64,000 bases of DNA from Monocercomonoides exilis PA203 (GCA_001643675.2 LSRY02000026.1:992001-1056000), one strand, 5' to 3'; shown: positions 24,597 to 38,500, counted from the first letter of the stretch. Numbers and translations: made by a program. The notes: generated from the sequence alone by a model not told the origin.

Positions 24597-26331
24597 AAAA
24601 TCTTTTCAAAAAAATTTTCAAAAGTTTGAATGAAAAAAAGGATCTGACCCATGATCCGAATTTCCAAGGGGTCAAAAAGATCAAAAAAATAAGCGTTAAA
24701 GGGCGAAAATTGCAGGTAGAAGAATGCAGTTTTTTGGCTATAGATGAAGTTAAAATGGTGAAAACAATCATTTTATGCAAAAAAAAGACCCCTGAAGATT
24801 CTGTCATTTTGTGATCGCCATTGTTTGGACAAAGAAAAAGAGCTGATGCTCTTCAAATACAACGTTTTAAAAATCAAAAAAAACATTTTACTAACTCTTA
24901 TCACGTATATAACAATTAGACAAACAATTAAAATTTTTCTGATATTTGTTTTTTTTTTTTCAATAAATACTCAAAATTTCAAAAAGATATGGTTCTGATT
25001 AAAGCTGGAGTTTTGTTTCTTTCATTTCTTTAAAATCACTTGCTTTTCCAACTTTTTACAGGTTTGCTTTAACTTTCTGTTTTTTAATGTTTGTTGTAAT
25101 GCTATTATTTCTCAAATATATTTTTTATTTACCACTTTTTTAAAAAAAATATGTCAAAATATATTCAAAATCTTTTTATTTTATATTTGTTTGTCAATAA
25201 TATCTGATTCTTATACTGTTGGCCTGTATTTATCTTGCGTTGCGGCTTTTATGAGAAATGGTTTTTAAAAAATGGAGAATTCTTCAGATGCCACTTTCAA
25301 TCATTCATATTTTCTGGAGCTGATTGAGTTCACTTTGCTGCTCGTGCTCCAACAAGAAGAATGAAATATCATTCATTCATTCATCTTCTTTTCATGTTGC
25401 ATCAATTATTGAAGCAGTGGCATATTTTTAATGTGAAAGTGCTTTCACGGCGCATGGTAGCTAATTCAATGAGACGGGGAATTCAATTGTTTGTCGGCTG
25501 GAGACAGCAGCGGAAGAGCAAGAAAATCAAAAGAATGTTCATGTCTTATGAAGTGAAAGGGAGATATTTGTTACAGAAGCAGAACTGCAAAGAAAGGAAA
25601 CGAACGAGAACTAAAGAAGGAGGAGAGATAAAGGAATGAGAATAGAAAGGTACAGAATAGAAAATTAGAAAGGTTATTTTGGTAAATCTATTTAATTCAA
25701 TCTTCATTTTTTTAAACTAATTTTGAACTTTATAATTATAATTTCAAGACTATTTCATGATTTTATTTTATTTTTCTTCTGATTCAGATAAGGATAACGT
25801 TCTCACATGGCTTATTTTGACGAAGCAGACGCGTCTGTTGAATATGCCAGTCTTAGAATTGCGAACAGAAAACAGATGGTGCGGCGTTGGTGTGCGTCCA
25901 TTTGGTTGGTGATGGGCTGTAACATGGCGTGCCGAGAGTTGACAGTCGAAGAACAAAATGCAGGAGTCGGTTGGGCAGTTTGAGCGGTGGGAGGCAGAGC
26001 GGGCAGCGTCGGGGGAGCAGGAACTGCTGCTGATACGGACAGCTGGGGCAGCAGAAGGGGTGTCGCCGACGCTGCTACTGTTGAAGCTGCGGGGGAAGTT
26101 CTTTAAGGAATCGGAGCTTTCGCGCGTGACGACGGTGCAGAAGAAGATGATTGTGGGGGAAGAGTACAAGGTGTCAGTGATGCTGCGGGAGGAAGAGAAG
26201 TGTGAGCCTTGTGAAGGTGTGTTGAAGATGCGGGAGATAAGGCGGGAGCTGAACCGAAAGATGGGAGAGAAGAACACGAAGAGGAGGGCGATGGAGATGA
26301 GCGAGACGATGCTTGCGAGGCAGAGGAGAGA
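24597..26331 (+). repeat. Inner long inverted repeat, right arm
   Basis: Reverse complement of 15374-17107. Confidence 0.95.
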
Positions 26332-27954
26332 GGAAGCGAGGAGAGAGTTCTATTTGGAGTAAAGGCAGAAAGGGCGAGAGTGGAAGGGAGATGGGTGGGG
26401 TGTTGAAGAGCATACGAGAACACGATCAGAAGCAGAAGCAGACGACGGAAGAGGAAAAGAGGAAGAGGGAGAAGAAGGAGAAGAAGGAGAAAGGGGAGAA
26501 GACTGCGAGAATTGCGACAGGATAGAGGATGAGAGAGGAGAATGAAAGGAGGCAGAGGGAAGAACAAGGATTGGAAGAGGAAGGAGAGATGAGGAGTTTG
26601 AGGAGGATTTTGAGGGAGAGACGCCGAGAGGGAGAAGGTTTGGAGAAGGGGCGGAGGGAAGGGCGTCTGCACTGGCGACAGCGAGAAGCCGAAAGGAGAT
26701 GACGTTTTTGTATTCGCAGCCATACAGCGTTGTCCTTGCTTATCCGCAGTGGATGGTGGAGCGGATTGTACAAAGGGATTCTGTGCAGCCAGGAGAAGAG
26801 GAGGAGGCGTTGCAAGTGGATGACGATGAACATTGCCGCTGCCTCCGCCACCAACACTACTACCACCGCCATCATATTTTGAGATACGAGCGGACTGACG
26901 ATAGCGAAGATGCAAATGAGAGTGGAAATGAAGATGGAGAAGTCAGAAGTGGAGATGAAAAAGAAAGTGGAACAGGAGAGAGCATGGAGCATGAAGAGTT
27001 TGGTGAAGCGAGGCAGAGCAGAATGACGAAAGAAGCGGAAAAGGAAACACAGCAAAAAGACCAGGGCAAGGACCAGGACGAGGGGCACGAGGATGAAGGG
27101 GAGAAGGAGCGAGAGAAATTAGAGGGGGAAGCTGAAGGACAAAATGGATCCACAGGAGACGGATTAGGGGAGCCACTGCAGGCAACGTCGCGGAGCTCAC
27201 CAGAACCGGATGATCTTGAGCCATATCGCTTCCGTCCGTATCCAGTACGGAACAAAGCAAGCGAAGAGATGGGGCAACGTCTTTCATTTAGCACTGCATC
27301 GGAGCCATCGGCAGCCACAGTATCTACGTTTCTGTTTGGGTCGCCGACATCGCGGACAAGTGGATTGGGTGTGGAGCCGAAGGCAGGGCTTGGGGCATCA
27401 GATGGATGGAAGAGCGGAGGAGAAGGCCAGGAGCGTTGGACAGAGAGAACGAGCGGAGAGCAGACTGGAAGAAGTGCTGGGTTCATGGATGTCCCACTGC
27501 TGCGCCTGAGCCAGGTGAAGGGGGTTGAGAAATCGCCTCGGGAGAAGAGAGGTGCGCTGGATGGTAGCAGGACGCTTACGCCAACACAGGAGAGGGAGAA
27601 ATTACAAGGAAAACGGGGCAGAAACAGATATGATAAAAACAACAGTTGGGAGTTTCTTCGCGCACGTATTGTTCATAAGCTGCTTCTGGCATCATATTTC
27701 ACACCGACATGCACATTTTCAGATCTATAGACAATTTCATTTATATTTGGAATTTTTCTTATCTCGATAGTGGAATTTGAATCTACACAGAACAAATGCT
27801 CGAAATAATCTGAAAACGCAAACGTATTAACTCAAGCTTTTGTAAGAACGAGCCAATTGAGCTGTTATTATCAATCATTTTTTCTGCGCACTTGCCTTTC
27901 TCACATTGCTCCCACCTTCTGCTCCACTCAAGCATGATACTGCATTTGATATTT

Positions 27955-28200
27955 AAAGCTTTGCAGAACATATTGGGAATCGATGGATGAACTCTCTTTT
28001 TAAACTCGCCAGTGACAGCATTTCTGTTGGCTCTGCTGACAAACGCACTTTCACCACCTCTTCAAGACTCTTCTGTTCATCCCCTATCCTCGGCCTCTTC
28101 ATATAACCGATCTCCCTCCAAATCTCATCTATCTCATATCCTCCAAACAATATTTTCAGCATCACATGCACCTGCACCTACAACTAAATTGAAAACTTTA
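27955..28200 (-). pseudogene. Fragment of the C-terminal kinase-like domain of the surface-protein family, embedded antisense in the right arm
   Basis: LKILFGGYEIDEIWREIGYMKRPRI...VRLSAEPTEMLSLASLKREFIHRFP versus LDIPFGEYPAEVAGYKISAKERPDL...LCLSQDPSSRPMLSLLKREFIRHFP in the 35571..41306 protein. Confidence 0.7.
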
Positions 28201-28776
28201 TCGTCTTCTTCGTCTCATGTTTTGCACATCTTGCTTAAAGAAGAGGAAGTGGCAAAAAAAGTGATTAGAACGCAAAGAATCAAATTGAAACATGAACCGA
28301 CTGTCTTTGTTAAAGACAGAGTAAAGAAAACACAACTCGGAGATGGGCAAATAATTTCAAAGCTGTGGAGAATAGGGGCAATGAATATACATAAATGAGT
28401 ATGAATCAATGTTTGATAAGAAGAAGAAGAAGAGAAGGATGTGGAAGGAGCAACAGAAAGAGAGATATTGAACGTAGAAGAAGTGTATAAACCTTACAGA
28501 AGCTCTGGATAATTTACACAGCAAGCTTGCTCATTAGTGCGAGAAGATAGCAAATCTTGAAGAATACGAACTGAAAAAGGAAAAAAGATGCATTGCTGAA
28601 CAGCTGGCTATGGAGGCGATATGGGAGAGATGGAAAAAATGGATGACGGCTTGCTTTCGAGCAGAAGAAACAGAAATGAATGAGGCGAAGGAGGATGAGT
28701 ATATGGCTTGGCATCTGAGGGATTGGCATAAAAATTGGCATCATATGCGAAACGGGAACAATTTTGAGAGCGATGA

Positions 28777-29177
28777 AAGTTACACAACAACAGAAGCAGC
28801 AAATACAGATGAAACAGATGGATCTTTCTCTGTTCCAGTCACAAAACATATTCAGTTGAATTTGGTTCAATTTTCGAGAACGAAAAAGACGAAATTAACA
28901 ATATCTGCTAATTATGATCGCTGCTGAAGAAGAAGAAGAAGAAAGAGGAACAAGGGATGCGAGAGTTGGGATGGGAAGAAGAGGAAGGCGCGTCAGCAGC
29001 GTTCGTTATACAGAGGAAGTTTGATGGGAGAAACGGAGCAGATTCAGAAGAGAATAAGATAAACATCTTCCGATACTCACAACATGTGTGGAATACTTGG
29101 AGCGCTTGCCACAATGGCTCTCTGCACGTGTCAACGCAGCTGCTTCCGTCTGGTTCTCAACATGTGATGGACTTGTT
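28777..29177 (+). repeat. Outer inverted repeat patch, right copy
   Basis: Reverse complement of 13807-14207. Confidence 0.9.
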
Positions 29178-32100
29178 TTGGAAGCAGCAGGAGCAGCCGA
29201 AGAAGATTCCGTCTGTGAACATCGAATGTTCGCTGTTTATTTCATATGGGGCGCGGGATATGGTCACGAGCCTGTTATATGCTCTGAATAAGAACTCGAT
29301 TTGGAATAGCGGGTCGTGTGCAACGGATGAGAAATTTGATGCGAATGACCAGCTCATCCTGTTTACAGGCACCATTACAAAGATCTCTTGCAAGCACAGC
29401 TTTCTGCGCTGCCTCGACAGACACAATGGAAGAGATTTTGGAAAGCTTAATGGTGTTGGAATTTTGCGACAACACAGAGCAGATAGAGAAGAATGTGATG
29501 GAAGCTGCAGAGATGAATGAAATGAATTCCTTTGGTGATTAAGGAGCGATAGAGTGAGTATGTTGAATTAGAATTTCAAAGAAACAATAATGGAGAATTT
29601 TGGACGAAGAACAAAGAGAATGGAGAGAAAAGTCTATAAGTGATAAGATCAGGAGAAGAGAGAGAAATAGAAGAATTTGAATCAACTGTTGTTCTTGGCT
29701 ATATACTTGCTTTTCCACAATTCCATCCAGTTACTCAATCACGAGACTGGAATGATGATTTTGCGATGTTAAAGCCAAAGAAATTAAAGGTGATAAACTA
29801 TTGTCAATTTTTGAAAGTCAAAAAAATTATTTTTATTCAAATTTTTATTTTCCAATTATGAGTATTGTAAAGTTAGTCTTGAAACTTCGATTTTTTTTTT
29901 GTTTTTTTGATGAGTTTTGTTGGTTTAACTTTATTTATTTTTGGTTAATTTTTATTTTACTTGATCAAAAATATTCGATTTCACAAAAAAATCAAAAGGT
30001 ATGCTTTTTTTCAAATTAATGAATAAAACAAATATGCATTAAATAAATAAAGTGCAAAATACTTGTAACAAATGAATAAAACTCTTTGATCAATAAATAC
30101 CATAACAGAATTTATTTTTTCGATTTTTGATCTTTTTTTATGATGTTAAAAAAAATCACCCATTTTGCATTTCGCGATCAAAAATTGAACCAAGCATTTT
30201 CATCTTTATTTCTCATCGATGATTTCATAGCATTCGACTTCTACTCTTTTATTCTCTTCAGTCTTCGCAACATGAAAAGAGAAGTTGGGTTCAAAAGAAA
30301 TTGCTCAAATTTTCTTTCTTTCTTTCTTTATTCTTCAACTTTTTCCTTTTTTGCAATAGTTTCAATTGCTTTCTTTTTTATTTTTCGTGCATATGGTCAT
30401 TCAATAATATATTCCTTATTCTCTTCCTTTCTATCTCTCTCTCTCTCTCAATCTCTTTCTCCAAATCACTTTCTTCCAATTTCTTTCTCTCTTCTTCAAT
30501 TTATTTACATTCCATTATGAAAATAAATTATTTTCTTCACTAATCAGCATGGCATTGCCCTTCCTCCCCCTTCCTCCTCCTTCATTTCATCGTCTTCCAT
30601 AACTGCATTCTTTGCACAGGTTTTTGCAATTTCAGTTCTTTGTTACACCGAGAGGAGCTTGACGAAACACAATTTATTATCAAAAAAAAAAAATAAATAT
30701 TCAAGATTTTTTATGAAAAAATAAAAGAATAATAACAATTATTATCACAAAATAACTCAAACGATTTTGACTTTGTTTATTTCGTTCTCAAAATCATTGC
30801 TTCAAATTGATGATTATTAAAATTGAATAATTTTTTTTAGTTAATTAAAAAATTTTCGAAAGCACACAACATGCCATAAAGCAGAAACAAAATGAGAAAA
30901 GCAAACCGAGATATTTGAATTCAGCTGTTTGCAGTTAATTGAAAAATGAAAACGAACATCTTTCGAATTGACAAACTCCCGTTGTTTAATATTTTTTTGA
31001 ATAGCTTGTTTAATCAAATTGTAAAATTTTCAATTTGAAACGTTTCTTGAACTCAATTCCGCATAAAAAAATGTTTGGAATTTTATATTTCTTTAAATCA
31101 ATTTTGTGGAGAAAGTTTTATTTCAAATTTATTTTCTATTTTTAACTGTGAATAGATATAATGATTTTTTCTTGAATGTCAGAAACAAAATTTTGTTCTT
31201 TTTTTTGTTCGGTGTGTATTGTTATTATTCATATGTTCATATTTATTAAAGATTAACCTTTTCTTTGAACAATTAATTACAAAATTTATGAGAAAAATCT
31301 GATGTATTTTTTTATTTAATTATCGTTTTATGTGTTTTTATTAATTTTTTTCTTCAATTAATCTTTTTTATTTTCTTTTGAAATAACTGAAATATCATAA
31401 GCAGTTGGAATTTGTATTTATTAAATCAAAGTTCAAATTTGAGTTTGAAACACCTCACAGAAAAAAAGTCATATTTCTTTTATATTCATTTCTAAAAAAA
31501 AGTAACTGAATTTTTTCACTCCACAAAATTTTTATGAAAATGCAAAAAGTTAACATTTTCAAAAAATATTTTGTTATCATGTGAGTTGCTAATATTATTT
31601 ATTGAAACCACATCCCGTTTCACTGAATTTCATATTTCCTATTTGATATTTTCGTTACACATCGAGGAAAAGTTTTAAAATTACTTTTTCGGCATAGAAT
31701 ATTTCTTAGCAATCTTTCACGGTTGAAACAAAAATCTGGATAATTGTCCACTCACAAAAAATTTGTAACATTTAAAAACAATCACACACTACTGTTTAAA
31801 ATGAAGTCGAAAACACAAAATTTCTGCCAGCTAAGAAAATGAAAATTTTAATCATCTTTCTTGAAAACTTAATGAAATGGCATCACAAAAATATACTTTT
31901 CCTTTTCATCAATTCCACATTTCCCACACAGAAGATTTGACAAAGGGTTGTTTATAACGAAAAATAAAATTCAAAAAAAATATCTTTTCTATTCAAAAAG
32001 GCAAAATATAAATTTCTCTTTGCTATTCTCACATTTCTATTTTGCCGATAATTGTCAAACGCTCTTTATCGTTGATAAATAAACAATTGTTTATTTTTTC

Positions 32101-32924
32101 GATCTGGCTGTTCCTTTTTGAAATCATCCTTTCGTTCGTATTTTGATCAAATTTTTATCCTCAATGGGATTTTGAAATAAATGAGATGAAACAGGGACAC
32201 TTATTGTTTATGATATTGCTATTGCAAAAACAAATTTTGACACAAATCCCATTAAGATAAAAATTTTGATCAAAACTCGAACGAAAGTCTGATTTCAAAA
32301 AGGATCTGCCATCTTTCAACATTAACATTTTTGGATAGAAAATCAAATCAATCAAAATCTTGAATAACTGAAAAACATATGAGTCATTAACAAATACATA
32401 ATTAAATACTTCTATCTTTTTTCCTTTCATTTTTGAATTGACATAAAAAGACGAAATATGGAAATTATTTTATGAAAACTTTTCCTTTTTTCAACAAAAA
32501 GTTATTTCAAATAAAACTTATTTGTTAATCAAAATTTATGAAATTGTTAGAATTTTCATCATTTTTTGATCCAGTTGATCAATATCATCAATTTATTTGG
32601 TTCTTTTTTTTAATTGGAAAAAAATAAATTGAAATGAAAAAAATAAAAAACACATCAAAAAAATACAAAACTCGAATCAATTACTTTTCTGACTTTTCTT
32701 TTTCCATTTTAATATTTAAAGAATTCAAATTCATCAGTTGTTTCTTTATTGTCATAAAAAAATTTTTTTAACGCTCTTTTATCTTTTTTCTCAAAAACTA
32801 TTCTTCTTCTTCAATTTCTTTTTCTTTTTCTTCAATTTCTTCAATTTTCATTTTATGTTATTCATAATATTCATTCCATTTATCGAAAAGCTTTTCTTGA
32901 GTTATTCCTTTTCCGAAGAAGTCT

Positions 32925-34277
32925 GAACAACGTGAGTGTGAAGGAATGGAGTATTGAGAAGATTTAGAAAGCTTCATAAGAACTAATTTTGAAGCATTGT
33001 TGAGGACTTTGCAGTTGAAGAATTCTTTTTTGATCACCAATGGAGTGAATTCAGTGTGAAGATCTTGTAACAATACATCTGCAAGGATTATTTTTTTCGC
33101 AGATTATGATGGATGATGGAGAGGTATTGTTGCAAAAAAGCTCCTTCTGAAACACTGTATATACACCTTTGTCCAATTGTTGTGACATATGTATTGTGCG
33201 TTGAACGAATGTGATAACATCAATTTCCGCTTCTTTGAACTGTCTCCATATAGTTGGATCTGCCCGCGATGAGTGTGAATCCACGAGAAGATGGCAACGA
33301 TGAGATTATTTTAGTATTCGCTTTCTTCTGTCAATGATAGCTGGCAGCAGGACCGTTAAGGCGTATTTTTTGAATGCTGTTTTGTCCATCCTACCGTTTG
33401 TGTTTGGCCAATTGTCAAGAACCGGAGTCAAAAGAGAAGTTAGTTCTTTTTGTTGAGTTGCGCTCGGCCACAGCACGATAGATGGAAGTGAGAAGCCATC
33501 AGCAGCGATTCCAGCAACGAGAGTAGCATTCGGTATCCTTTCGGCAGTCTTTTTGAATCCAGCTTGCTCATCAACTAGATGAACAACAACGCCACGTGAA
33601 GAAGTTGGAATGCGAAGCGAAGATTCATCAACATTGAAGATTAATTCCTCTGGATATTTATTTTCGTCGTGTAATGCCTGTAATTGAGCCAGCCACGGCT
33701 TTAGGACTTTCTGGCAAGATGCCGCAAGTCTATTGATATCAACTTGCTTTGGAAGCGATGGCTTTAATTCCGGATGGCACTTTATGAATGCGTGAACCGT
33801 CCTTAGAGTTACTGTCTTTTTCTTCTTTTCTTCTTTTTCTCCTCCTTCTTCACTATCGTTAATTATATTTTCCATCTTAATACAAATTAATATTCAATTC
33901 AAATATCAATTACAAACCTGATCGCGCGCTTTTCGTAACGTGAGGCTTGTCCCAGATCGGGATTTAATTGTTACTTCTTCCAAGAATTGCTTTTCTTTTT
34001 CGCCGCTAATAATTGTTGGGTGACAAACTTTTGCAATAGGCCTGCCGTTTATTATTGCTTTCACAGCGTGTTTCAAAGATTTTTTGCTGATTTCACCGTA
34101 TTTAACCCCGTCGACCAGCCTGACAACATTGTCATAAACAATGTACGCAATCCTTTCTAATCTTGAACTATATTTTCTGTAATGCAATGTAGACATTGTT
34201 TCCTTCAGCCGCTTCTGCGCAACTTCAGCTTTCTTTTTCACTAGCAATTTCATAGATATATTATGGGTAATGATCAT
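32925..34277 (-). mobile_element. Decayed pogo/Tigger-like (DDE_1) transposase gene, copy 1
   Basis: IFNVDESS, GIAADG, LLVDSHSSR, HMSQQLDKGVY motifs; intron at about 33876-33917; stop at 33306 and downstream frameshifts. Confidence 0.8.
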
Positions 34278-35570
34278 TAATTAATTTTTTTTATTTATTA
34301 ATTCTCATTGAAGAATTTTTAATTAATATTTAAATTTTTGAATGAATTAGAAATATTTCCAAACCTTTGTGCAGTCCAATTTCTCATGAAAGCTCAATAG
34401 AAAGACTTGAACCCTCCATTCCCCCCCCCCCCCCCCATGAGAAATTGGATTTCTTTCAAAATTCAAATATTCGGACACCTGAAATTGGTGAAAAAACAAA
34501 AATATTAAAATGAATGTAATTTGAGGGTCAAATTATCGATTTATTTTTTCAAAAAAAAAAAAGAACATAATAAGAAAAAAGTGCCAATAAAAAAATGACC
34601 CAGTTTCACTTATTTTTTCCAATATTGTTTTATGTATATTGCAAAAGTGAATACAAAACAAATAATGATTTTTAATTTTCGAAACGGGCAAACACTATTA
34701 TTTCAAAAAAATTCTTTTTTTTTCAGCTTGAATCACTTTTCAGTATTATACAGCTCTTTCAATATCATTTCTCCAACAAAAGATCAATTTGTTCTGAAAA
34801 GACCAATTGTAAAGTAATCAATAATAATTAGAAAATAAAATCTCAAGTTGCAATAAAACAAAGTTTTTTCTTTTCGTTGCGATTTTTGTTTGAGAAATCA
34901 TCATTATTTTTCAATTAATGTTGATACCGCATGTTGAAAACACTTAAACCAATGTGAAATGATAGAGTTGAACTATTGTTAAAAAAATAACGAAAATTGT
35001 TTGATTTACACTATAAGAGGCGTTTAAATACATATCAGCTTGAAAATCGAAAAATAAGAATTGCAATTCAACAAAAACTTCATATCGAAAAACATTCGAA
35101 AAGGTGTTGACAAATCAATCAAAAGAACATGCAAGAAACAACTGAAAATAACTATTCATTCCTTTTAACAATTCAGAGAATCATATAAAAAACAAAACCA
35201 CAAAAAACAAACAAATGAAAATTAAATGGTATCAAAGAAAAGACAAAAAACATAAAACAACAACAACAAAAAAAAAACTATTAAACCCATAACAATAAGA
35301 TCACAAAAAAAAGCTGTTCTATTAAAATAAAAAAAAGAAAAAAATAAAATGAATCGATATTTCCACAATCCATATACTTTTCATCCCTCAATCATTTTGA
35401 TTTTCAACAAGTCAATTTCTGAACACACATTATAACTCCTAACACATTTTCAAAATAATTAATTGCTTTTTCATTGAATCCTTTTGATATATTTTTGTGC
35501 ATTGCACTTATTCTTTCAAAATATGCATCTACTTTTTGATAGTTTCATCATTAAATTTGCTTCCTACACA

Positions 35571-38500
35571 TTATTTAGAAACGTTTTCATCTTCATTATC
35601 TTCCTCATCGTTTTCAAAGTCAACAGCATCAGAGACAGTCAAAGTTGTTGCTCCAGCTGGAAAGTGTCGAATGAACTCGCGCTTCAAAAGAGAAAGCATG
35701 GGCCGAGATGACGGGTCTTGCGACAAACACAAACAAATCACATCAAATAACTGTGAGAATCTCACTCTTTCCAAATCTGGCCTTTCTTTGGCGCTGATTT
35801 TATATCCCGCCACCTCTGCTGGATATTCTCCAAACGGGATATCCAGTGTCAGACACTCCCACAACATCATCCCAATCGAAAACACCACTGATTCTTTTGT
35901 TGCTCCCATCTTCTTGTTGATCAACAGCTCAGGTGCCTTCCACCTCAAGCACTCTTTTCTGTTGTATTCATCATCTTCAAATGCTGATGAAGGAAGGGAG
36001 TCACTATCATCACTGGCGGATGTCACAACAGTCGATGACGAGATGGATGATGAATCTGAACTATCATCAGATGAGAAGTCAGAGTGCATCACAATGCAAA
36101 TGACCATGTGTTCTGAGAACAATACAATGTGAGGGCTCAGAGTGGAAAGAGAAGACAATCCATTTTCCATTTCATCAAAGGAGTGAAGTGCCCCATTCGC
36201 AACCCAAAATAGAATTTGGGCAGCTGTCATCTCTCTTTCTAGGAGAGTGCCAATAGGCATCTCCTTTGTCTTATTCAGTCCATGAAGCAGCATGAACAAT
36301 GAATCCCTCAAGTCAACAATCAGCTTCTCATGAGGGGATGAACAGGCCATTGCATCCACCAGATTCGACATCGATGAAGTGGTTGGGCACAGACTCTCTG
36401 ATCGAACAAATGTTGAATCTGAATCTGTCGTTGAAGTTGTTGAAATTGATGGTGATGGTGTTCGCTTTCTTGTCTCTTCTTCTTCCTCATCTTTCTCTAA
36501 AATCCATTGAGGGATCTTGTCCGAGTCTCTCCCCAAAATGTATTCAGTTGAGCCACTCTCAGATAGTAAATGCTCCGATGACTCTGAATGTTCCATGTTC
36601 GTCTCATATATTCTTTTTTTGATCCTCTCTTCATTCTTCTTCTCTGCCTCCCTCTCTGCTCTTCTCCACTGCTCCTCTGGTGACATCTCCATCGTCACCA
36701 TCTCGAATGCCTTCGGATCCTTTCTCACTGTATCATTCACAATCTCCTCCAATTCCTTTGTTCTTCTCTTTTGCTTTCTCCAACGAATAGTTACAACAAC
36801 AGATACAATCAGAACAATGATTAATACAACAACCAATAAAACAATCACAATCAATGCCCATGATGATTTCCCTTCTTTCTCTCCTTCAACAATCCTTACA
36901 TCTCCTTTTCCAACACTTTCACTCCTGTTCTTCACAATAAATCGCTCTGTTGATGATGGTGAATCTCCTTTCCCAAACACAATCCACACACTCACTTCTG
37001 TCTCTTCTCTCACTTTCTCCCATTCTGAACATGAAATAACCGAGTGAATCTCATTCTCCGACACAAACCCTTCTTCTTCAATCCCCTTTCTCATAATCTC
37101 CTCTTCATCCCCATTTTTCATGCTCATCTTCACTGACAAATCACATGGAAGAAGCAGCTTTCCCACAATCATCAACTCCACATTCCCATCTGGCTGTGTT
37201 GTGTTCTTCACCTCTTCCAAAATGGGGATGAAAAATGATGATCCTCTTTCAGTTGCTATCCCTCCCAATTCGCATCCCTCATCCAATATCCACAATGATG
37301 AGTTATCTTTCAGTCCATCTCCCCCTTTCACACTCACAACATCTAACTCCCCATTCCCTTCACAAATCACATTCCTTCGAGCTGATGGATATCCCTCAAT
37401 AGAGGGGTTGTTGTTCTCAAACTCTCCCTTCTCAATCCTCACACTCCCTCCACTCACCCACAGCCCGCCTGCCTTGCTATTTCTGATTGTTGTTTCCCTC
37501 ATCTCCACATTGCTCTTCTCAACATCAACCAATGACCCATTCCATTTGCATAACCCTTCTTTTATCTTGTTTTCTTCATTGACAATTTCATTTTCTTTTT
37601 CTCCATCAAACACACAATTCACAACCCTCACATCCTTGGAATTTCTAATCTGCATCATGCTTCCCTTATCCACCGAATTCACACATCTTCCAAATGAGCT
37701 GTTCAGCACACTCACCTCTTGCTCAGCATCTTCCATCCCAATCACACACCCCTTTGACATCACAGTCACATTCTCAACTCCCATCTCTTTCATCGCCACC
37801 TTCGCTTTACCTCCAATGCTCACAACATCCCCCTCACATTCGATATTCGATATTCTTGTTTCAACAATTATCACATCAGATTCTTCACAAAATGAAAGAA
37901 TTGATGTTGTTGAATGAATATCCCTGAATGTTGTTTCTGATATCTTCAGCTCTCCACTCTCCACACTCACAACTGAACTGTTCAACTTCATGAACTCAAC
38001 TGTTGTTGTTGAAATAGAGAAGAATTCACATTTCTGAATTTCCATTGAACCATTCTTCACTTTCATGAGACAATTGTGAGCTGACTCAAATCCATCTTCA
38101 AACTGGAATGAGCATCTCTCCACAGCGCTTTCATTTATAAACTCCATGATGCAATCCTTTTCGAATGATTTCTCAATTTCGGATTTCAACTTTATAATCG
38201 CCTGTGTCTTTTTCAATGAATTCACAACCAGATCTCCAATCACACACTCCTTCCTCACAAACCCTTCTCCATCAATCAGAATCCCATTCATCACCCCTTC
38301 CTGAATGTGTTCAATCCCACAGTCGATGCTCACACACGGATTGCTCTGTGCCCCACACCCCCTCCCATCGCTCCCTCTCCCACTCACAAACACCTGTGCC
38401 GAATAATAGAATGTGATCAGCGGAATCAGATCAACATCTCCCTCACTCGAAGCATCCCTCCCACAGATCGAGTTGTTCGAGTTCAGTGACTCCTGGTTGT

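Larger units (their letters stand above)
16853..24851. mobile_element. Sola-like DNA transposon with terminal inverted repeats, carrying two USP deubiquitinase-domain genes and a structured RNA; termini tentative
   Basis: Inverted repeats bound a unique 7.5 kb core that encodes a DDD transposase. Candidate termini are GAGCATC.. (16853) and ..GATGCTC (24851), consistent with the 5'-GAG/GRG ends described for Sola2/Sola3. No direct TSD is visible because the flanks are themselves inverted copies. Confidence 0.65.
25272..29760 (+). pseudogene. CFAP61-like pseudogene, right palindrome arm
   Basis: LLYALNKNSIWNSGSCATDEKFDANDQLILFTGTITKIS...HNGRDFGKL is paralogous to the left-arm segment. Many stops and frameshifts; low-complexity middle (ORF 26699..27730). 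Confidence 0.5.

Noticed and set aside
17107-24597. Fanzor/TnpB nuclease as partner of the structured RNA
   Set aside because: No RuvC-like D/E/D motifs with a C-terminal zinc finger in any ORF of the element; the CxxC pairs seen belong to the USP domains or precede the DDD core.
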